Below, piece by piece: positions 36,687 through 47,267 of a stretch of DNA of 64,000 nt (positions are counted from its first letter, which is position 1; each line of letters opens with the position of its first letter). The translations under genes were made by a program, and so were the position numbers. This DNA is from a virus. Its lineage: Duplodnaviria > Caudoviricetes. The notes under the pieces are model-generated. The model did no database searches. It saw nothing but the letters and a program-made list of their open reading frames with translations, and was not told the origin of the DNA. Where the stretch lies: positions 84,149-148,148 of IMG/VR virus record IMGVR_UViG_3300001525_000092. One strand, written 5' to 3'.

Positions 36687-38507
36687 TTACATTTCTCCTG
36701 ATGACTCTCCTGATGTGTTGTCTGGTTGCACATCACCCATCATCTCATTGTCTCCTCCTTCATCTCCTCCATCTGATTCCATTCCAGTTTCATCTCCTGA
36801 TCCTTCATCTCCTTGATCTTCCATTCCTCCATTCATCTCTTCATCATCTGGATTCTCTTCTTCTGCTTCTTCGTTCTCTTTGTCTTCTAACTTGCACTTC
36901 TCATTCCATTCTAAGTCTGCTTCCGACATCTTCAGATATCTTAGTATCAAGAACTTGTCACTGAAGTATCGCTTCTCATTTCCTTCTGCATCAGTAGTCA
37001 TGAACGCATCTCTGATGGTCTGGATGTACTCCATTCTCTTAGTGTCAACTTCAATGTCCATCATCTCATTGAACTGATTGTAAGAGTTGTACTTGAATCC
37101 TATGGCATCAAGAATGCGCTTGTCATTCTTCATCTCAGGAATAGAGAGCACTAGCTGTATCTGCAATGGCTTGATTATGATAGTAGCAAAAGCATTCTGA
37201 AGTCTAGTGACAAATCTACCAAAGTTTATCTCATCTCTCAATGTCTGTGTTGGATCTGATCCAAACCAAGTAGATGCAGCTTCTTTGTCAAATCTGTTCT
37301 CTGGTATCTTAGACATCTTGTATAGCTTAGACAAGTGATACTTTAGTTGCTCACTGTCATTGAGAGATGGTCCTTGGTCTGTGATAGTCTCTATCTCAGG
37401 CTTTCCATTCTCATTCTCTGGCATCCAATATTCTTTGTTGAATGGAAGATTTGCTTTTCCATTCACTTGCAGCTCGCCTGTCTCAGTATTGAAGCTTATG
37501 TCTTCTCTGTATCGGTTCATCGCAGAGTTCAGTGTCTGCATTCCCTTTGCTCTGTTCATTCCATTGACAGGTATAGTGAACATAGTCTTGAAGCTAGCTT
37601 GTGTGACTGTCCATATCACTTGTGCTTGCTCTATGATTCTGTATATGTTGAATGGACGTATCAGGCGCTCAAGATAAGACTGTCTCTCTGACACTCCACT
37701 GTCTTCATACTTAACATATATGACTTGTGAGTCCAGAAGCTTGCGCTCTTGTCCAATCACTCCTTTGAACTGTGTCCAAGAAAGCACACCATCTTCTACT
37801 GATCTAGTGAGTGTGGCAGGATCTATGTCTACAATGCCAGTTATCATGTGTGGATTCTCTAGATTGTCATAGATTATCTCAAATGCTATGACACCATCTA
37901 TCAGCCATCTCTTGAACTGATCCCAGGCATGATGCTTCCAGTCTAGAAGCATGTATATCTTGTAGAATGAGGTGTCTATGGAGTTCTGTATTGCTTTAGA
38001 TGATTCTTCATTGAGTGTCTGCAGAACGGCATTGTCAATGTACGGCTCTCCAACATAAATATCTTGGTCATCATAAACTATGCATTCATTCGACATGATG
38101 TCGAGAATGTCTTCGAGCTCTGGTTGCATTGCAAGCGTTCTCAGTGTGTCACGCTTCTGCTCAAGTGTCTTCTCTCTGAATGGCTTGTCTTCTTCTGGCT
38201 TCTTCTTCCAGTTGTCCATCAGTCCATTGTAGAGAGATCCATTGAGCATCATCTTCTCACTGTCAGACTGAAGAAGCTTGTCAGCAGGAACAGCAACCAT
38301 GTTCTTCTCTACTTTTCCTGTCCAGTCCATTCCATAGTGACTTAGCTTGTAGAATATCTTTGACAGCTTAGATGATGTTCCTCCTCTAGTAGTAGTTCCA
38401 GTAGTGCTTATTCCATTTATAGTAGTGTTGAAGTTCTGAGAAGACTGCATTGCCTCATACAACGATTGCTGTCCTTCTAGAACGTCTGTCAAGTTTCCAA
38501 ATATCAT
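36687..38507 (-). CDS. portal protein (T4 gp20-like)
   Basis: PELEDILDIMSNECIVYD, FKRWLIDG, SYLERLIRPFN, KEYWMP, KIPENRF, RDEINFGRFVTRLQ; acidic tail. Confidence 0.92.
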   Translation of the reverse strand: MIFGNLTDVLEGQQSLYEAMQSSQNFNTTINGISTTGTTTRGGTSSKLSKIFYKLSHYGMDWTGKVEKNMVAVPADKLLQSDSEKMMLNGSLYNGLMDNWKKKPEEDKPFREKTLEQKRDTLRTLAMQPELEDILDIMSNECIVYDDQDIYVGEPYIDNAVLQTLNEESSKAIQNSIDTSFYKIYMLLDWKHHAWDQFKRWLIDGVIAFEIIYDNLENPHMITGIVDIDPATLTRSVEDGVLSWTQFKGVIGQERKLLDSQVIYVKYEDSGVSERQSYLERLIRPFNIYRIIEQAQVIWTVTQASFKTMFTIPVNGMNRAKGMQTLNSAMNRYREDISFNTETGELQVNGKANLPFNKEYWMPENENGKPEIETITDQGPSLNDSEQLKYHLSKLYKMSKIPENRFDKEAASTWFGSDPTQTLRDEINFGRFVTRLQNAFATIIIKPLQIQLVLSIPEMKNDKRILDAIGFKYNSYNQFNEMMDIEVDTKRMEYIQTIRDAFMTTDAEGNEKRYFSDKFLILRYLKMSEADLEWNEKCKLEDKENEEAEEENPDDEEMNGGMEDQGDEGSGDETGMESDGGDEGGDNEMMGDVQPDNTSGESSGEM

Positions 38508-38616
38508 AGATATTGATATAGTACTATTTAGTTGTATATGTAAAAATAGGAAATCTTAATTTGAAATTTCTTAGAAGATGTCTATATATTTTGCGTGACA
38601 AAATGTTATAAAAAGT

Positions 38617-38644
38617 TTGAAATTTAATTCAACTTTTCTATATT
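38617..38644 (+). promoter_or_regulatory. promoter TTGAAA-N16-TATATT
   Basis: Repeated motif upstream of the AAA ATPase. Confidence 0.7.
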
Positions 38645-38664
38645 ATATCCGAACTTAAAAAGAA

Positions 38665-39873
38665 ATGACAATGAGAAATCCAAGAATGTACTTCACTATT
38701 GAGTCAGGAATCTTCTATCCTTATCGTGGACAGAATTCTGTCTTAGATGCAAGATATAGAGGAAACACAAAGATAGTAGAAGAGACACTCTCTACTTATT
38801 CTAAAAAGATTAAGTCTTATATAGAGAGAAACAAGAACAAGAATGTAGTGTACTGCACTTCAGACTATTCTTTTGACAACAAGACATTTGTATTTAGCTT
38901 TGATAGAGTTCCATCAATATCATCAGACAAAGATCTAGAGACATTGTTCGGTGTCAAGTCTAAGTTTGATGCTACTAAGAAATATTGTTTTCCTTCTACT
39001 TCTTCTACTTCTTCTAATATAAGTGAAAGCAATGAAGAAGAAAAGAACATGTTGTTCATAGACACTCTTCCTGAGTGTCCTGACATCAATGATACTGGAT
39101 TCTATGTAGAAGACAAGAATTGGAAGTACTTAGTGAGAAACATCAAGCGAAAGAAGCCAACTTTGTTGATTGGTCCTACTGGAACTGGCAAGACTGAGCT
39201 TATCTTGATGGCTTGCAAAGAACTTGGAGTGAACTGTGAAGTGCATGACATGGGAGCTATGCAAGATCCACTTACTGACTTGCTTGGATGTCATCGAATC
39301 AAGAATGGAAACTCTACTTTTGACTATGCTAAGTTTGTAGATGATGTACAGAAACCTGGAGTCATTCTTCTTGATGAGCTTTCTCGTGCTCCATTGATGA
39401 CTAACAACATCTTGTTTCCTTGTCTTGACAATAGACGAGAGTTGCCATTGGCAATTGCAGATTCAGAAGGACCTCGATCAGTCAAAGTCCATCCAGATTG
39501 TGTCTTCATTGCAACTGCTAACATTGGATCTGAATATAGTGGCACTCAAGAGATCGATGCAGCTCTCATGAACAGATTCTTGCCTCTCAAAGTAGACTAC
39601 ATGCCTAGACAGAATGAGATAGAAGTATTAGAGAAGAGATGTAACATATCAGAAGATGATGCTGTCACTATTGTCAAGTTTGCTAATGCAATGAGACAAG
39701 GAAACAAAGAAGGAAACATTGCTTATCCAGTGTCAACTCGAGAGAACATCGCAATTGGAGAGATGCTAGCAGATGGATTTGACTTGATTGATGCAGTGAC
39801 ATTTGTCATATGCAACAAGTTCAATGATGAAGATCTGAAACCTGTCAAGCAATTGATGATGACAATGAACTAA
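38665..39873 (+). CDS. MoxR-family AAA+ ATPase (CbbQ/NirQ/CobS-like)
   Basis: GPTGTGKT, VILLDELSRA, FIATANIG.EY.GT, DAALMNRF, STR sensor II. Confidence 0.9.
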   Translation: MTMRNPRMYFTIESGIFYPYRGQNSVLDARYRGNTKIVEETLSTYSKKIKSYIERNKNKNVVYCTSDYSFDNKTFVFSFDRVPSISSDKDLETLFGVKSKFDATKKYCFPSTSSTSSNISESNEEEKNMLFIDTLPECPDINDTGFYVEDKNWKYLVRNIKRKKPTLLIGPTGTGKTELILMACKELGVNCEVHDMGAMQDPLTDLLGCHRIKNGNSTFDYAKFVDDVQKPGVILLDELSRAPLMTNNILFPCLDNRRELPLAIADSEGPRSVKVHPDCVFIATANIGSEYSGTQEIDAALMNRFLPLKVDYMPRQNEIEVLEKRCNISEDDAVTIVKFANAMRQGNKEGNIAYPVSTRENIAIGEMLADGFDLIDAVTFVICNKFNDEDLKPVKQLMMTMN

Positions 39874-39971
39874 TTGTAAAATAAATTATATATGCGAAAA
39901 CTATCAAAATCTCTTATATAAGCAAGATTAATTAACTTCGTAGTAATAAATGTAATAATTTTTTATATAAC

Positions 39972-40208
39972 ATGGAAAGAATATTGTATATAGTTAGAGG
40001 ATTCTTGGTATGCTTGCTGTTTCACAATATAGAATATTGGGACAGCAATCCTAATAGAGATGTTGGACCAATGTTCTGGAGAAGATACATGGCAGGAGAC
40101 ATTCATACTTGGTATGGTAGAGTAATTCATACTTATGAAATGAAGAAATTCTCTTATGAATATGTTGGGAGATGGTTTGTAGATAGTAGAAGTGAACTTT
40201 ATGAATAA
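39972..40208 (+). CDS. small hypothetical protein
   Basis: 78-aa ORF in operon. Confidence 0.5.
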   Translation: MERILYIVRGFLVCLLFHNIEYWDSNPNRDVGPMFWRRYMAGDIHTWYGRVIHTYEMKKFSYEYVGRWFVDSRSELYE

Positions 40209-40219
40209 AGAAAAAGAAT

Positions 40220-40621
40220 ATGAGAGTGTACAATGCATTGCATAGCAGAGCAAGAGAGAACAACATGAAGATTGACAATGACTTCTTGCTCATTAAGCAA
40301 ATAACTAACATCTATAATTATCATGTAAAGAAAGACAAGGACACCAAACAAGAATACATAGATGATGCTCAGACAAATGACTTGCTCATAAGAAAGTCAG
40401 ACATATGCAAGATAGAAGCTACTTTTCCAGTGAAGATACAAATGAAAGATGATAGAGTATATGAGTGCTTGCAATCATTCTCTATGATATACAATCAATT
40501 GTTCAGAGATTGTAGCACACGTCCATACACTCCTTATGGTGAGTATCTAGGCAACAAAGAGGAAAAAGAAACTAAATCAGAAAACTTAGAAAACAACAAT
40601 ATAGATGAAGACTTCTTATAA
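40220..40621 (+). CDS. hypothetical protein
   Basis: 133-aa ORF. Confidence 0.65.
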   Translation: MRVYNALHSRARENNMKIDNDFLLIKQITNIYNYHVKKDKDTKQEYIDDAQTNDLLIRKSDICKIEATFPVKIQMKDDRVYECLQSFSMIYNQLFRDCSTRPYTPYGEYLGNKEEKETKSENLENNNIDEDFL

Positions 40622-41213
40622 GATCAACTTAATCAAGATGTATGTCTCTACTGTACTGAAAGAATATTCTAGATTATATAGAGAAGAAGGAATCAGCTCA
40701 GTAGTCAAGAACTGCATCAGCAACATCATCAATAGTTACAAGCACATTCCTTATAGCTATGCACATAGTAGATGCTATGTCAAAGTAGAGAATCATCTAG
40801 GGTATGGGTTTCATCATTGGCATGACTGGGACAAGATCATCATGTTTGCTTTAGTTCCGTGGCTAAGTCCTGATTGCATCAATACCATCCATGTTCTGAT
40901 GCAGAAGCATCATCCTATCTATTGGACTAAAGATGAGAACACAGGAAACTGGATCAAGAAGTACAAGGATGCTTATTCTGAAGTTGATTGGGAGCAAGCA
41001 ATAGTAGACTGGGAATGTGCTAGGTTCACTAAGCCGGACAAGCCTCTTGATGCTTATGACACTTATTGCAAGTACTACAAAGGAATAAGCTATGACTTTG
41101 ACAAGAAGATTCTGTCTATGCTAGATGCATTGAACTTGATACATTGGACTGATAGGTCTGATACAGACTTAGTTTGTAAGACAGACATCATGAAAGACTT
41201 TGTTTGGAAATAA
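40605..41213 (+). CDS. HD-like (DUF5662-like) metal-binding phage protein
   Basis: H..., HDWDK, H...KHHP, EQAIVDWECARFTKPDKP. Confidence 0.55.
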   Translation: MKTSYKINLIKMYVSTVLKEYSRLYREEGISSVVKNCISNIINSYKHIPYSYAHSRCYVKVENHLGYGFHHWHDWDKIIMFALVPWLSPDCINTIHVLMQKHHPIYWTKDENTGNWIKKYKDAYSEVDWEQAIVDWECARFTKPDKPLDAYDTYCKYYKGISYDFDKKILSMLDALNLIHWTDRSDTDLVCKTDIMKDFVWK

Positions 41214-41278
41214 TGTTGAACATGTTCAATGGAAAGACTATGTTCAATATGATTGAACAATTATAAAAGAATGAACAA

Positions 41279-42820
41279 ATGATTATAGACAGAAGCTGGA
41301 ACAAGAAGAACAAGACATTTTATATATCTTACTTAGACAAGAATGGAAACAGAGCATTCTACACTAAGCAAATGAACTACTGGAAGACTTATGAGAACAA
41401 TCCTAATGGAAAGTTCAGGACATGGGAAGACAAGCCTTGTGAGCAAGTCTTCAAAGATGCTAACAAGTATAGTCCTAATGAGTTTGATCAATTAGAGTTC
41501 ATATACAACTTACCGGAAGACATCAAGAAGGAAATTCAAGCGATGCGATTCCCGAGGGTTTATTTTAGTGACATAGAAACTACTATTGGTGAAGAATTCC
41601 CTGATCCCGAGAAAGCAGAGCAAAAGATACAGTTGATAAGCTTAGTAGGTCCTGACTTGTCTGTCATGGTGCTTGGAATCAAGCCATTGTCAGAAGAGCA
41701 ACAAGAAATTCTCAGACAGAGATATCTGAAGTACATAGATGATTGTGAGTTTGCTAGAGAGTTGGTGAAGTCAAAGAAATGGAATCCTAAAGTGTACTAT
41801 CATAGCTTTGATACAGAAGAAGCTATGCTAGAGCATTGGTACACTAGAATCATGCCTAAGATTGGATGTCTTGCTGGATGGAACTACTATCGATTTGACT
41901 GGCAGTACATGTGGAATAGAATTAACAATCTGTTTGGCAAGTTCAAAGCACAGCAACTGATGAAAGCAGCTAGTCCTATTGGAGAGATGGACAAGATATC
42001 ATGGTCAGAGATGGATGGAACTAAGTATAGTGTGCCTAGTCCAAAGCATTGCATGATATGGGACTACATGGAGCTTATCAAGAAGTATGAGTTCAGTCTG
42101 AGACCTTATGAGAGCTACTCATTAGATTGGGTAGGTAGTCATAGTGTGAATGCACACAAAGTGAAGTACAAAGGAACAATGAAGGAATGCTATGAAAATG
42201 ACTATCCATTGTTTGTGTATTACAATGCAGTTGACTCTTGCTTGAATGCATTGATTCATTATCGATTCAAGTGCATCGAAAGTCCATGTGCATCTGGCGC
42301 AGTGACAAATGTTCCTGCATTGAAGTCAATGGGTCAAGTAGCACTCACAACAGCAAACTTGTTCTATGAGTTCTACAATGACAACAAGCATGTAGTGTAT
42401 GACTACAATGGAATTGACAGAACAAAGGTTCCTTATGAAGGTGCATTCTGTGGTGCAGTTCCAGGAAGACATGAGTATTGTGTGTGTGATGACTTTGCTT
42501 CACTTTATCCATCACAGATCATCACTTGCAACTTAAGTCCAGAATCTATTGTCAAGAACTTAGTTGGTCCAGATAGTCTTGGAAGATACACAGAGATTCC
42601 ATGGACTGAAGCAGACTTAGAGAAGTTCAGGAAAGATCCTAACTACTTTGTCTCTGTCATGGGCACTGTATACAAGAATGACAAGCAATATGCATTTCCT
42701 AGACTCCAAGCAAGACAGAAGAGACTTCGAAATGAATATAAATACATAGGATGGAAAATTGATGCAGAATTGCTTTCTGAGATAGATCGATTGATAAAAG
42801 AAAAAGAAAATGCTGCATAG
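41279..42820 (+). CDS. polB: family B DNA polymerase, N-terminal half (3'-5' exonuclease + motif A); split gene
   Basis: ExoI DIET, ExoII GWN..RFDW.Y, ExoIII YNAVD, YEGA, motif A DFASLYPS; lacks motif B (KxxxNSxYG) and motif C (DTDS). Confidence 0.9.
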   Translation: MIIDRSWNKKNKTFYISYLDKNGNRAFYTKQMNYWKTYENNPNGKFRTWEDKPCEQVFKDANKYSPNEFDQLEFIYNLPEDIKKEIQAMRFPRVYFSDIETTIGEEFPDPEKAEQKIQLISLVGPDLSVMVLGIKPLSEEQQEILRQRYLKYIDDCEFARELVKSKKWNPKVYYHSFDTEEAMLEHWYTRIMPKIGCLAGWNYYRFDWQYMWNRINNLFGKFKAQQLMKAASPIGEMDKISWSEMDGTKYSVPSPKHCMIWDYMELIKKYEFSLRPYESYSLDWVGSHSVNAHKVKYKGTMKECYENDYPLFVYYNAVDSCLNALIHYRFKCIESPCASGAVTNVPALKSMGQVALTTANLFYEFYNDNKHVVYDYNGIDRTKVPYEGAFCGAVPGRHEYCVCDDFASLYPSQIITCNLSPESIVKNLVGPDSLGRYTEIPWTEADLEKFRKDPNYFVSVMGTVYKNDKQYAFPRLQARQKRLRNEYKYIGWKIDAELLSEIDRLIKEKENAA

Positions 42821-42827
42821 ATAGATG

Positions 42828-42858
42828 AATGGATTGACAATTGTCAATCCATTTTTTA
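42828..42858 (+). terminator. perfect 26-bp palindrome plus T-run
   Basis: AATGGATTGACAA|TTGTCAATCCATT-TTTT. Confidence 0.75.
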
Positions 42859-42950
42859 AAAAAGTTCATCATTAAAATGAAATTTTCATTTTTATTTCTA
42901 TATTATAGATGTCAATAAAATAATTATTCATCTTATAAAACAACAAGACA

Positions 42951-43301
42951 ATGGCAAGAGCATCATATAAAGTAAAGAACATTTCATTAGTAGACAACAA
43001 CATCAATAACACTGGTTATGAGCAATATGAAGTTATTGTTGAGTGGACTAACAAACTTAATGAAGTTCGCGAAGTGAGAGACATTGTTATTGTCAATCCT
43101 CACTCTACTATATATGGCAAGTATCCTAAGCCATTGTTCATCAAGTACCCTTCTAGACACTCATTCTTTGTCAACAAAGTGAACTTCCATTCTTTAGGTG
43201 ATGATGTTGACAGAGCAATCAAGAAAAATGTTGCTAAAGCTCTTCTCAAGTTCATGTACCCTGGTACAGAAGGAAGACAGTATGTAGCAGAAATTTTCTA
43301 A
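42951..43301 (+). CDS. hypothetical protein
   Basis: 116-aa ORF after promoter motif 42877-42904. Confidence 0.65.
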   Translation: MARASYKVKNISLVDNNINNTGYEQYEVIVEWTNKLNEVREVRDIVIVNPHSTIYGKYPKPLFIKYPSRHSFFVNKVNFHSLGDDVDRAIKKNVAKALLKFMYPGTEGRQYVAEIF

Positions 43302-43323
43302 TTACTAGCATACAGACAATAAT

Positions 43324-43644
43324 ATGAAAAGATATGGCAGAAGTCTGAAGAACTTTCTTTACTTAGGAAAGAAACCGGATACTCTTCTCGGAAAGAGAGT
43401 ATATCAGATTACTTATGTGGTCAATGGACATGATGAACTAGAAAAGTTAGTTCATTGTGTTGTTGAGATTGTAGATGGTGCATTGAATGGAAAAGATTGC
43501 CCTATCATCCTTTCTCATAAGTTTAGTCAAGAAAAGGAAGATGGATCTATATCGGATATGAATTCATTTGACAAGAAAGAAGTCACTTATGTAGATAACA
43601 CTATAAAGAGAATGTTCATTAAAGAAAAGATTAATTTTGATTAG
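43324..43644 (+). CDS. hypothetical protein
   Basis: 106-aa ORF in operon. Confidence 0.6.
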   Translation: MKRYGRSLKNFLYLGKKPDTLLGKRVYQITYVVNGHDELEKLVHCVVEIVDGALNGKDCPIILSHKFSQEKEDGSISDMNSFDKKEVTYVDNTIKRMFIKEKINFD

Positions 43645-43646
43645 AT

Positions 43647-43931
43647 ATGGAGTACAGGACTCAGTTGCAGACATTGCTAGAAAAGACTTACAAGAACAAG
43701 AGACTTTGCATCACTAAATATGAGGCTATGAGCGATAGTAGAGGAATAGGAATAGGATGGGGTGATGTGAAGCATGTAGGTAGATGCATATCAGTCAAAG
43801 TTGATGGCATCATGACCAAGAACACTAACTGTGAAGCATACAAGATTAGTGTGAAGATCATTCACAATGACTTAGCGCAGTCTAAAGAATGGCTGGTGTT
43901 GAATGACAGTGAAGTTGAAATTATTGATTAG
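43647..43931 (+). CDS. hypothetical protein
   Basis: 94-aa ORF in operon. Confidence 0.6.
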   Translation: MEYRTQLQTLLEKTYKNKRLCITKYEAMSDSRGIGIGWGDVKHVGRCISVKVDGIMTKNTNCEAYKISVKIIHNDLAQSKEWLVLNDSEVEIID

Positions 43932-43949
43932 AATTACTATTCATTGAAC

Positions 43950-45836
43950 ATGACAAAGACAATAGAACAAAAATACAAAGAACTTACAGAACGTGAGCAT
44001 ATTTTACAGAGACCTGGCATGTGGGTAGGCTCTATCAAGCCAGAACTTTCTACTCAGTTCATATTTGACTATAAAGAGAATGTGATGGTACAGAAAGAAG
44101 TAGAGTATGTTCCTGCTATGCTTAAGCTTGTAGATGAGATCATCAGCAACTCTTGTGATGAGTATAGACGCAAAGACAATCTTGGTCTTACTAAGCTTGA
44201 AGTTACTATAAATGATGATAACAACACTATAATTGTACATGACAATGGAGGAATTCCTGTAGTGAAGCACAAAGAAGCAGGAGTGATGTTGCCACAGTTC
44301 ATATTTGGAAGACTGAGAACTTCTTCTAATTACAATGATGATGAAGACAGAGCTGGAGTAGGAACGAATGGTGTAGGTTCTGCACTCACTTCAGTATTCT
44401 CGACTTACTTTGCAGTTCGCACATCTGATGGAAAGAAAGAATGGAGAGGTGCATGGAAGAACAACATGAAGACTTTCTTTGGAGAAGAAGTGAACAAGAG
44501 CACTAAGAAAGATCATGGCACTACTACTACATTCAAGCTTGACTTGTCTAGATTTGAAGGTGTGTCTGAGCTTACAAGAGAGTTCAAAGACATTGTGTTG
44601 ACACGTTGCATCAATGCTGCCGCTGCCAATCCAGGACTTGAAGTTGCATATAAAGATGATGAAGTGTCTAGCACATACAAGTTCACTGACTTCAAAGACT
44701 ACATTGAGCTATATAGAAACTACTTGACATTGAAAGATTGCATTGAATGCTCATTTGACAACAATAGAGTATATGTGTATCCTGACGGCGTCATCAATGT
44801 AGGATTTGTCAATGGTGCTATATGTAGCAAAGGTACTCATGTCAAAGCATTGCATCAGTTCATCAATGCTACTATATCTGAGTTCTTGAGGAAGAAAGAC
44901 AAGATAGATGTTCTTCCAAGACAAGTTGATGGAAACTATAGCATGTTCTGCGATGTGACAGTTTCTAATCCATCATATTCTTCACAGACTAAAGAAGAAC
45001 TTACTACACCAGTAGAGAAGTTCTATAAAGACGAGAACAAGAAGTTTGAAGTAAGTCAGAAGTTCTTAGATCAAGTAATCAAGTCAGACATTGTCAACAA
45101 TGTGAGAGATTGGTACAAGAAGAAGTGTGAAGCAGAAGATCAGCGCACTCTCAGAAAGCTCAACAAAGAAGCGAGCAAAGGTCTTCGTCGCTCAGACAAG
45201 TATGTCACTTGTTCTTCTAAGAAGAAGACTAACAAGCAACTATGGATATATGAAGGTGACTCTGCTGCTAGAGGTCTGCGAATTGGGAGAGATCCGGAGA
45301 CACAAGCCGGATATGTCATGAGAGGTGTGCCACCAAACTCACTAGACATGTCACCATTGCAGATAATGAAGAATGATGTCTTCAATGACATCATCACTAT
45401 ATTAGGTCTCAAGTTTGGAGATGACTTTGATGTAAAAGACTTGAAGTTTGACAAGATAGTGATATCAACAGATGCTGATGTTGATGGTGACAAGATTGCA
45501 GCTTTGCTGTTGCTTCTCTTCTCAAGATGGCCTATCTTGTTTGAGAAAGGCATAGTTTGCAGAAGCATCACACCTATCATCATTGCTAAGAAAGGAAAAG
45601 ACACTAAGAAGTACTATAGCCAAGAAGAGTTTGAGAAAGATGCAAGAAAGCTCAAAGGCTACATGATCAAGTATGTCAAAGGCCTTTCTGGCCTTGATGC
45701 TAGCGAGACAAAAGAGTCAATGAGAAACCCAATATTCATGCACTTCAAGCTTGATGACTTGTCTAAGTCTATGTTCAAGAAGTGGTTTGGAAAGAACTCT
45801 GATGAGAGAAAGAACATGATGGGAGACTTAGTATAA
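43950..45836 (+). CDS. DNA topoisomerase II large subunit (T4 gp39+60 / GyrB-like)
   Basis: EHILQRPGMWVGS, EIISNSCDE, DNGGIP, TSSNY, GTNGVG, YEGDSA, DADVDG, YVKGL; ATG 43950. Confidence 0.95.
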   Translation: MTKTIEQKYKELTEREHILQRPGMWVGSIKPELSTQFIFDYKENVMVQKEVEYVPAMLKLVDEIISNSCDEYRRKDNLGLTKLEVTINDDNNTIIVHDNGGIPVVKHKEAGVMLPQFIFGRLRTSSNYNDDEDRAGVGTNGVGSALTSVFSTYFAVRTSDGKKEWRGAWKNNMKTFFGEEVNKSTKKDHGTTTTFKLDLSRFEGVSELTREFKDIVLTRCINAAAANPGLEVAYKDDEVSSTYKFTDFKDYIELYRNYLTLKDCIECSFDNNRVYVYPDGVINVGFVNGAICSKGTHVKALHQFINATISEFLRKKDKIDVLPRQVDGNYSMFCDVTVSNPSYSSQTKEELTTPVEKFYKDENKKFEVSQKFLDQVIKSDIVNNVRDWYKKKCEAEDQRTLRKLNKEASKGLRRSDKYVTCSSKKKTNKQLWIYEGDSAARGLRIGRDPETQAGYVMRGVPPNSLDMSPLQIMKNDVFNDIITILGLKFGDDFDVKDLKFDKIVISTDADVDGDKIAALLLLLFSRWPILFEKGIVCRSITPIIIAKKGKDTKKYYSQEEFEKDARKLKGYMIKYVKGLSGLDASETKESMRNPIFMHFKLDDLSKSMFKKWFGKNSDERKNMMGDLV

Positions 45837-45849
45837 CATAATAAGAATT

Positions 45850-47256
45850 ATGCCGAAGAAAGTAGAAAATAAAGTAATTGTCAAGAAAGACATACAGAAG
45901 TCAGTCACTGATTTTCTTAATATTGAATACTTGAATTATTCATTGGCCACGGTCGGAGATCGCGCCATACCTTCTATATGTGATGGATTCAAGCCTGGTG
46001 CAAGAAAGATAGTGCATGCAATGTTTGAAGGATCATTGAAGAATGGATCAACATCTAAGTTGCTTGCGCTTGTTGGTGACACGATGAAGATATCTTTGTA
46101 TGCACATGGAGATGCTTCTTTGACTGGAAGTGTCTGCACATTAGCTAAAGACTTCTATAATTTTTACAATCCATTAGAAATTGAAGGACAAGGCGGATAT
46201 CTACGCAGTCCAGAAGCTGGTGCACCTCGATACCTTTATATTAGAAAGTCAAAGTGGGCAGACTTAGTGTACAAGACAGACTATGACTTATTGAAGTATG
46301 TGTTTGAAGAAGGTGACTATGTTGAGCCTGAGCATTACCTTCCTATAGTTCCAACTGTTCTCTCGAACTTAACACTAGGTATTGCCAATGGATATTCGTT
46401 CCATACTAATGCATGGAATCCTATAGACATCATTGATTGCTGTCTAGAGAAGCTAAAGTCAAAGAAAGCTATTGACAAGTTCAAGACTGTTGTCAGGCCA
46501 TACTTGCGTGACATACCGCAAGACAACTGGAAATGCGAGTCAGGACAATGGTTCTGCTATGGTGAGTGGAAGACTAATCAGTCAAAGGACATCATGACTA
46601 TCACTAATCTTCCGTCAGACACTACTTATGTTGAGTTTGAGAAGCTACTGAACAAGCTTTGTGACAAGCAAGAGATCAAAGACTACAAAGACTTGTCAGA
46701 AGATGGCAATGTCCATTATGAGATAACCTTCTTCAAAGGACAGCTTGCTAAAGAGATCAAGTCAGACAGATCAGGAAAGAGACTTGCTAACAAGTTCAAG
46801 CTCATCAAGAAGTTGCCTGATGACTTGCTCTGGCTTCTTGATGAGAATGGAAAGCTCAAGTTCTTCAAAGACAGATATGATGTAATCAACTACTTTGTGA
46901 ACTGGAGACTTTCTATATATACAGAACGAAAGAAGAAGTTAGTGAAGTTGCTAGAAGAGAAGTACAAGAGCAACTCTGACTTAGTCAAGTTCATAGAGTT
47001 AGTATGCAAAGGAAAGCTCAAGTTGCGCAACAGAAGCAAGAAGGACATCAAGGCAGACATGGATGTTGCAAAGCTTCCATTCAACTTGATATCCACTCCT
47101 ATGTCTAAAGTGACCATAGAAGAGAGAGATGAGCTTCTGAAGCAGAATGAAGAGATCAAGAAGCAGCTTGAGTACATCAAGAACACAACAGAGAAGCAGA
47201 TGTACATAAATGACTTGACCGAGTTGAGAAAGAACTTAGTCAATGACTTCAAGTAA
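45850..47256 (+). CDS. DNA topoisomerase II medium subunit (T4 gp52 / GyrA-like)
   Basis: RAIPSICDGFKPGARKI, YAHGDASL, catalytic APRY, EP.HYLPIVP. Confidence 0.95.
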   Translation: MPKKVENKVIVKKDIQKSVTDFLNIEYLNYSLATVGDRAIPSICDGFKPGARKIVHAMFEGSLKNGSTSKLLALVGDTMKISLYAHGDASLTGSVCTLAKDFYNFYNPLEIEGQGGYLRSPEAGAPRYLYIRKSKWADLVYKTDYDLLKYVFEEGDYVEPEHYLPIVPTVLSNLTLGIANGYSFHTNAWNPIDIIDCCLEKLKSKKAIDKFKTVVRPYLRDIPQDNWKCESGQWFCYGEWKTNQSKDIMTITNLPSDTTYVEFEKLLNKLCDKQEIKDYKDLSEDGNVHYEITFFKGQLAKEIKSDRSGKRLANKFKLIKKLPDDLLWLLDENGKLKFFKDRYDVINYFVNWRLSIYTERKKKLVKLLEEKYKSNSDLVKFIELVCKGKLKLRNRSKKDIKADMDVAKLPFNLISTPMSKVTIEERDELLKQNEEIKKQLEYIKNTTEKQMYINDLTELRKNLVNDFK

Positions 47257-47267
47257 TGCATACAATT

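Noticed and set aside
42821-43943. Intron or intein interrupting the polymerase
   Set aside because: A terminator, a promoter and three ordinary small ORFs follow; there are no splice-element or intein motifs and no downstream exon.
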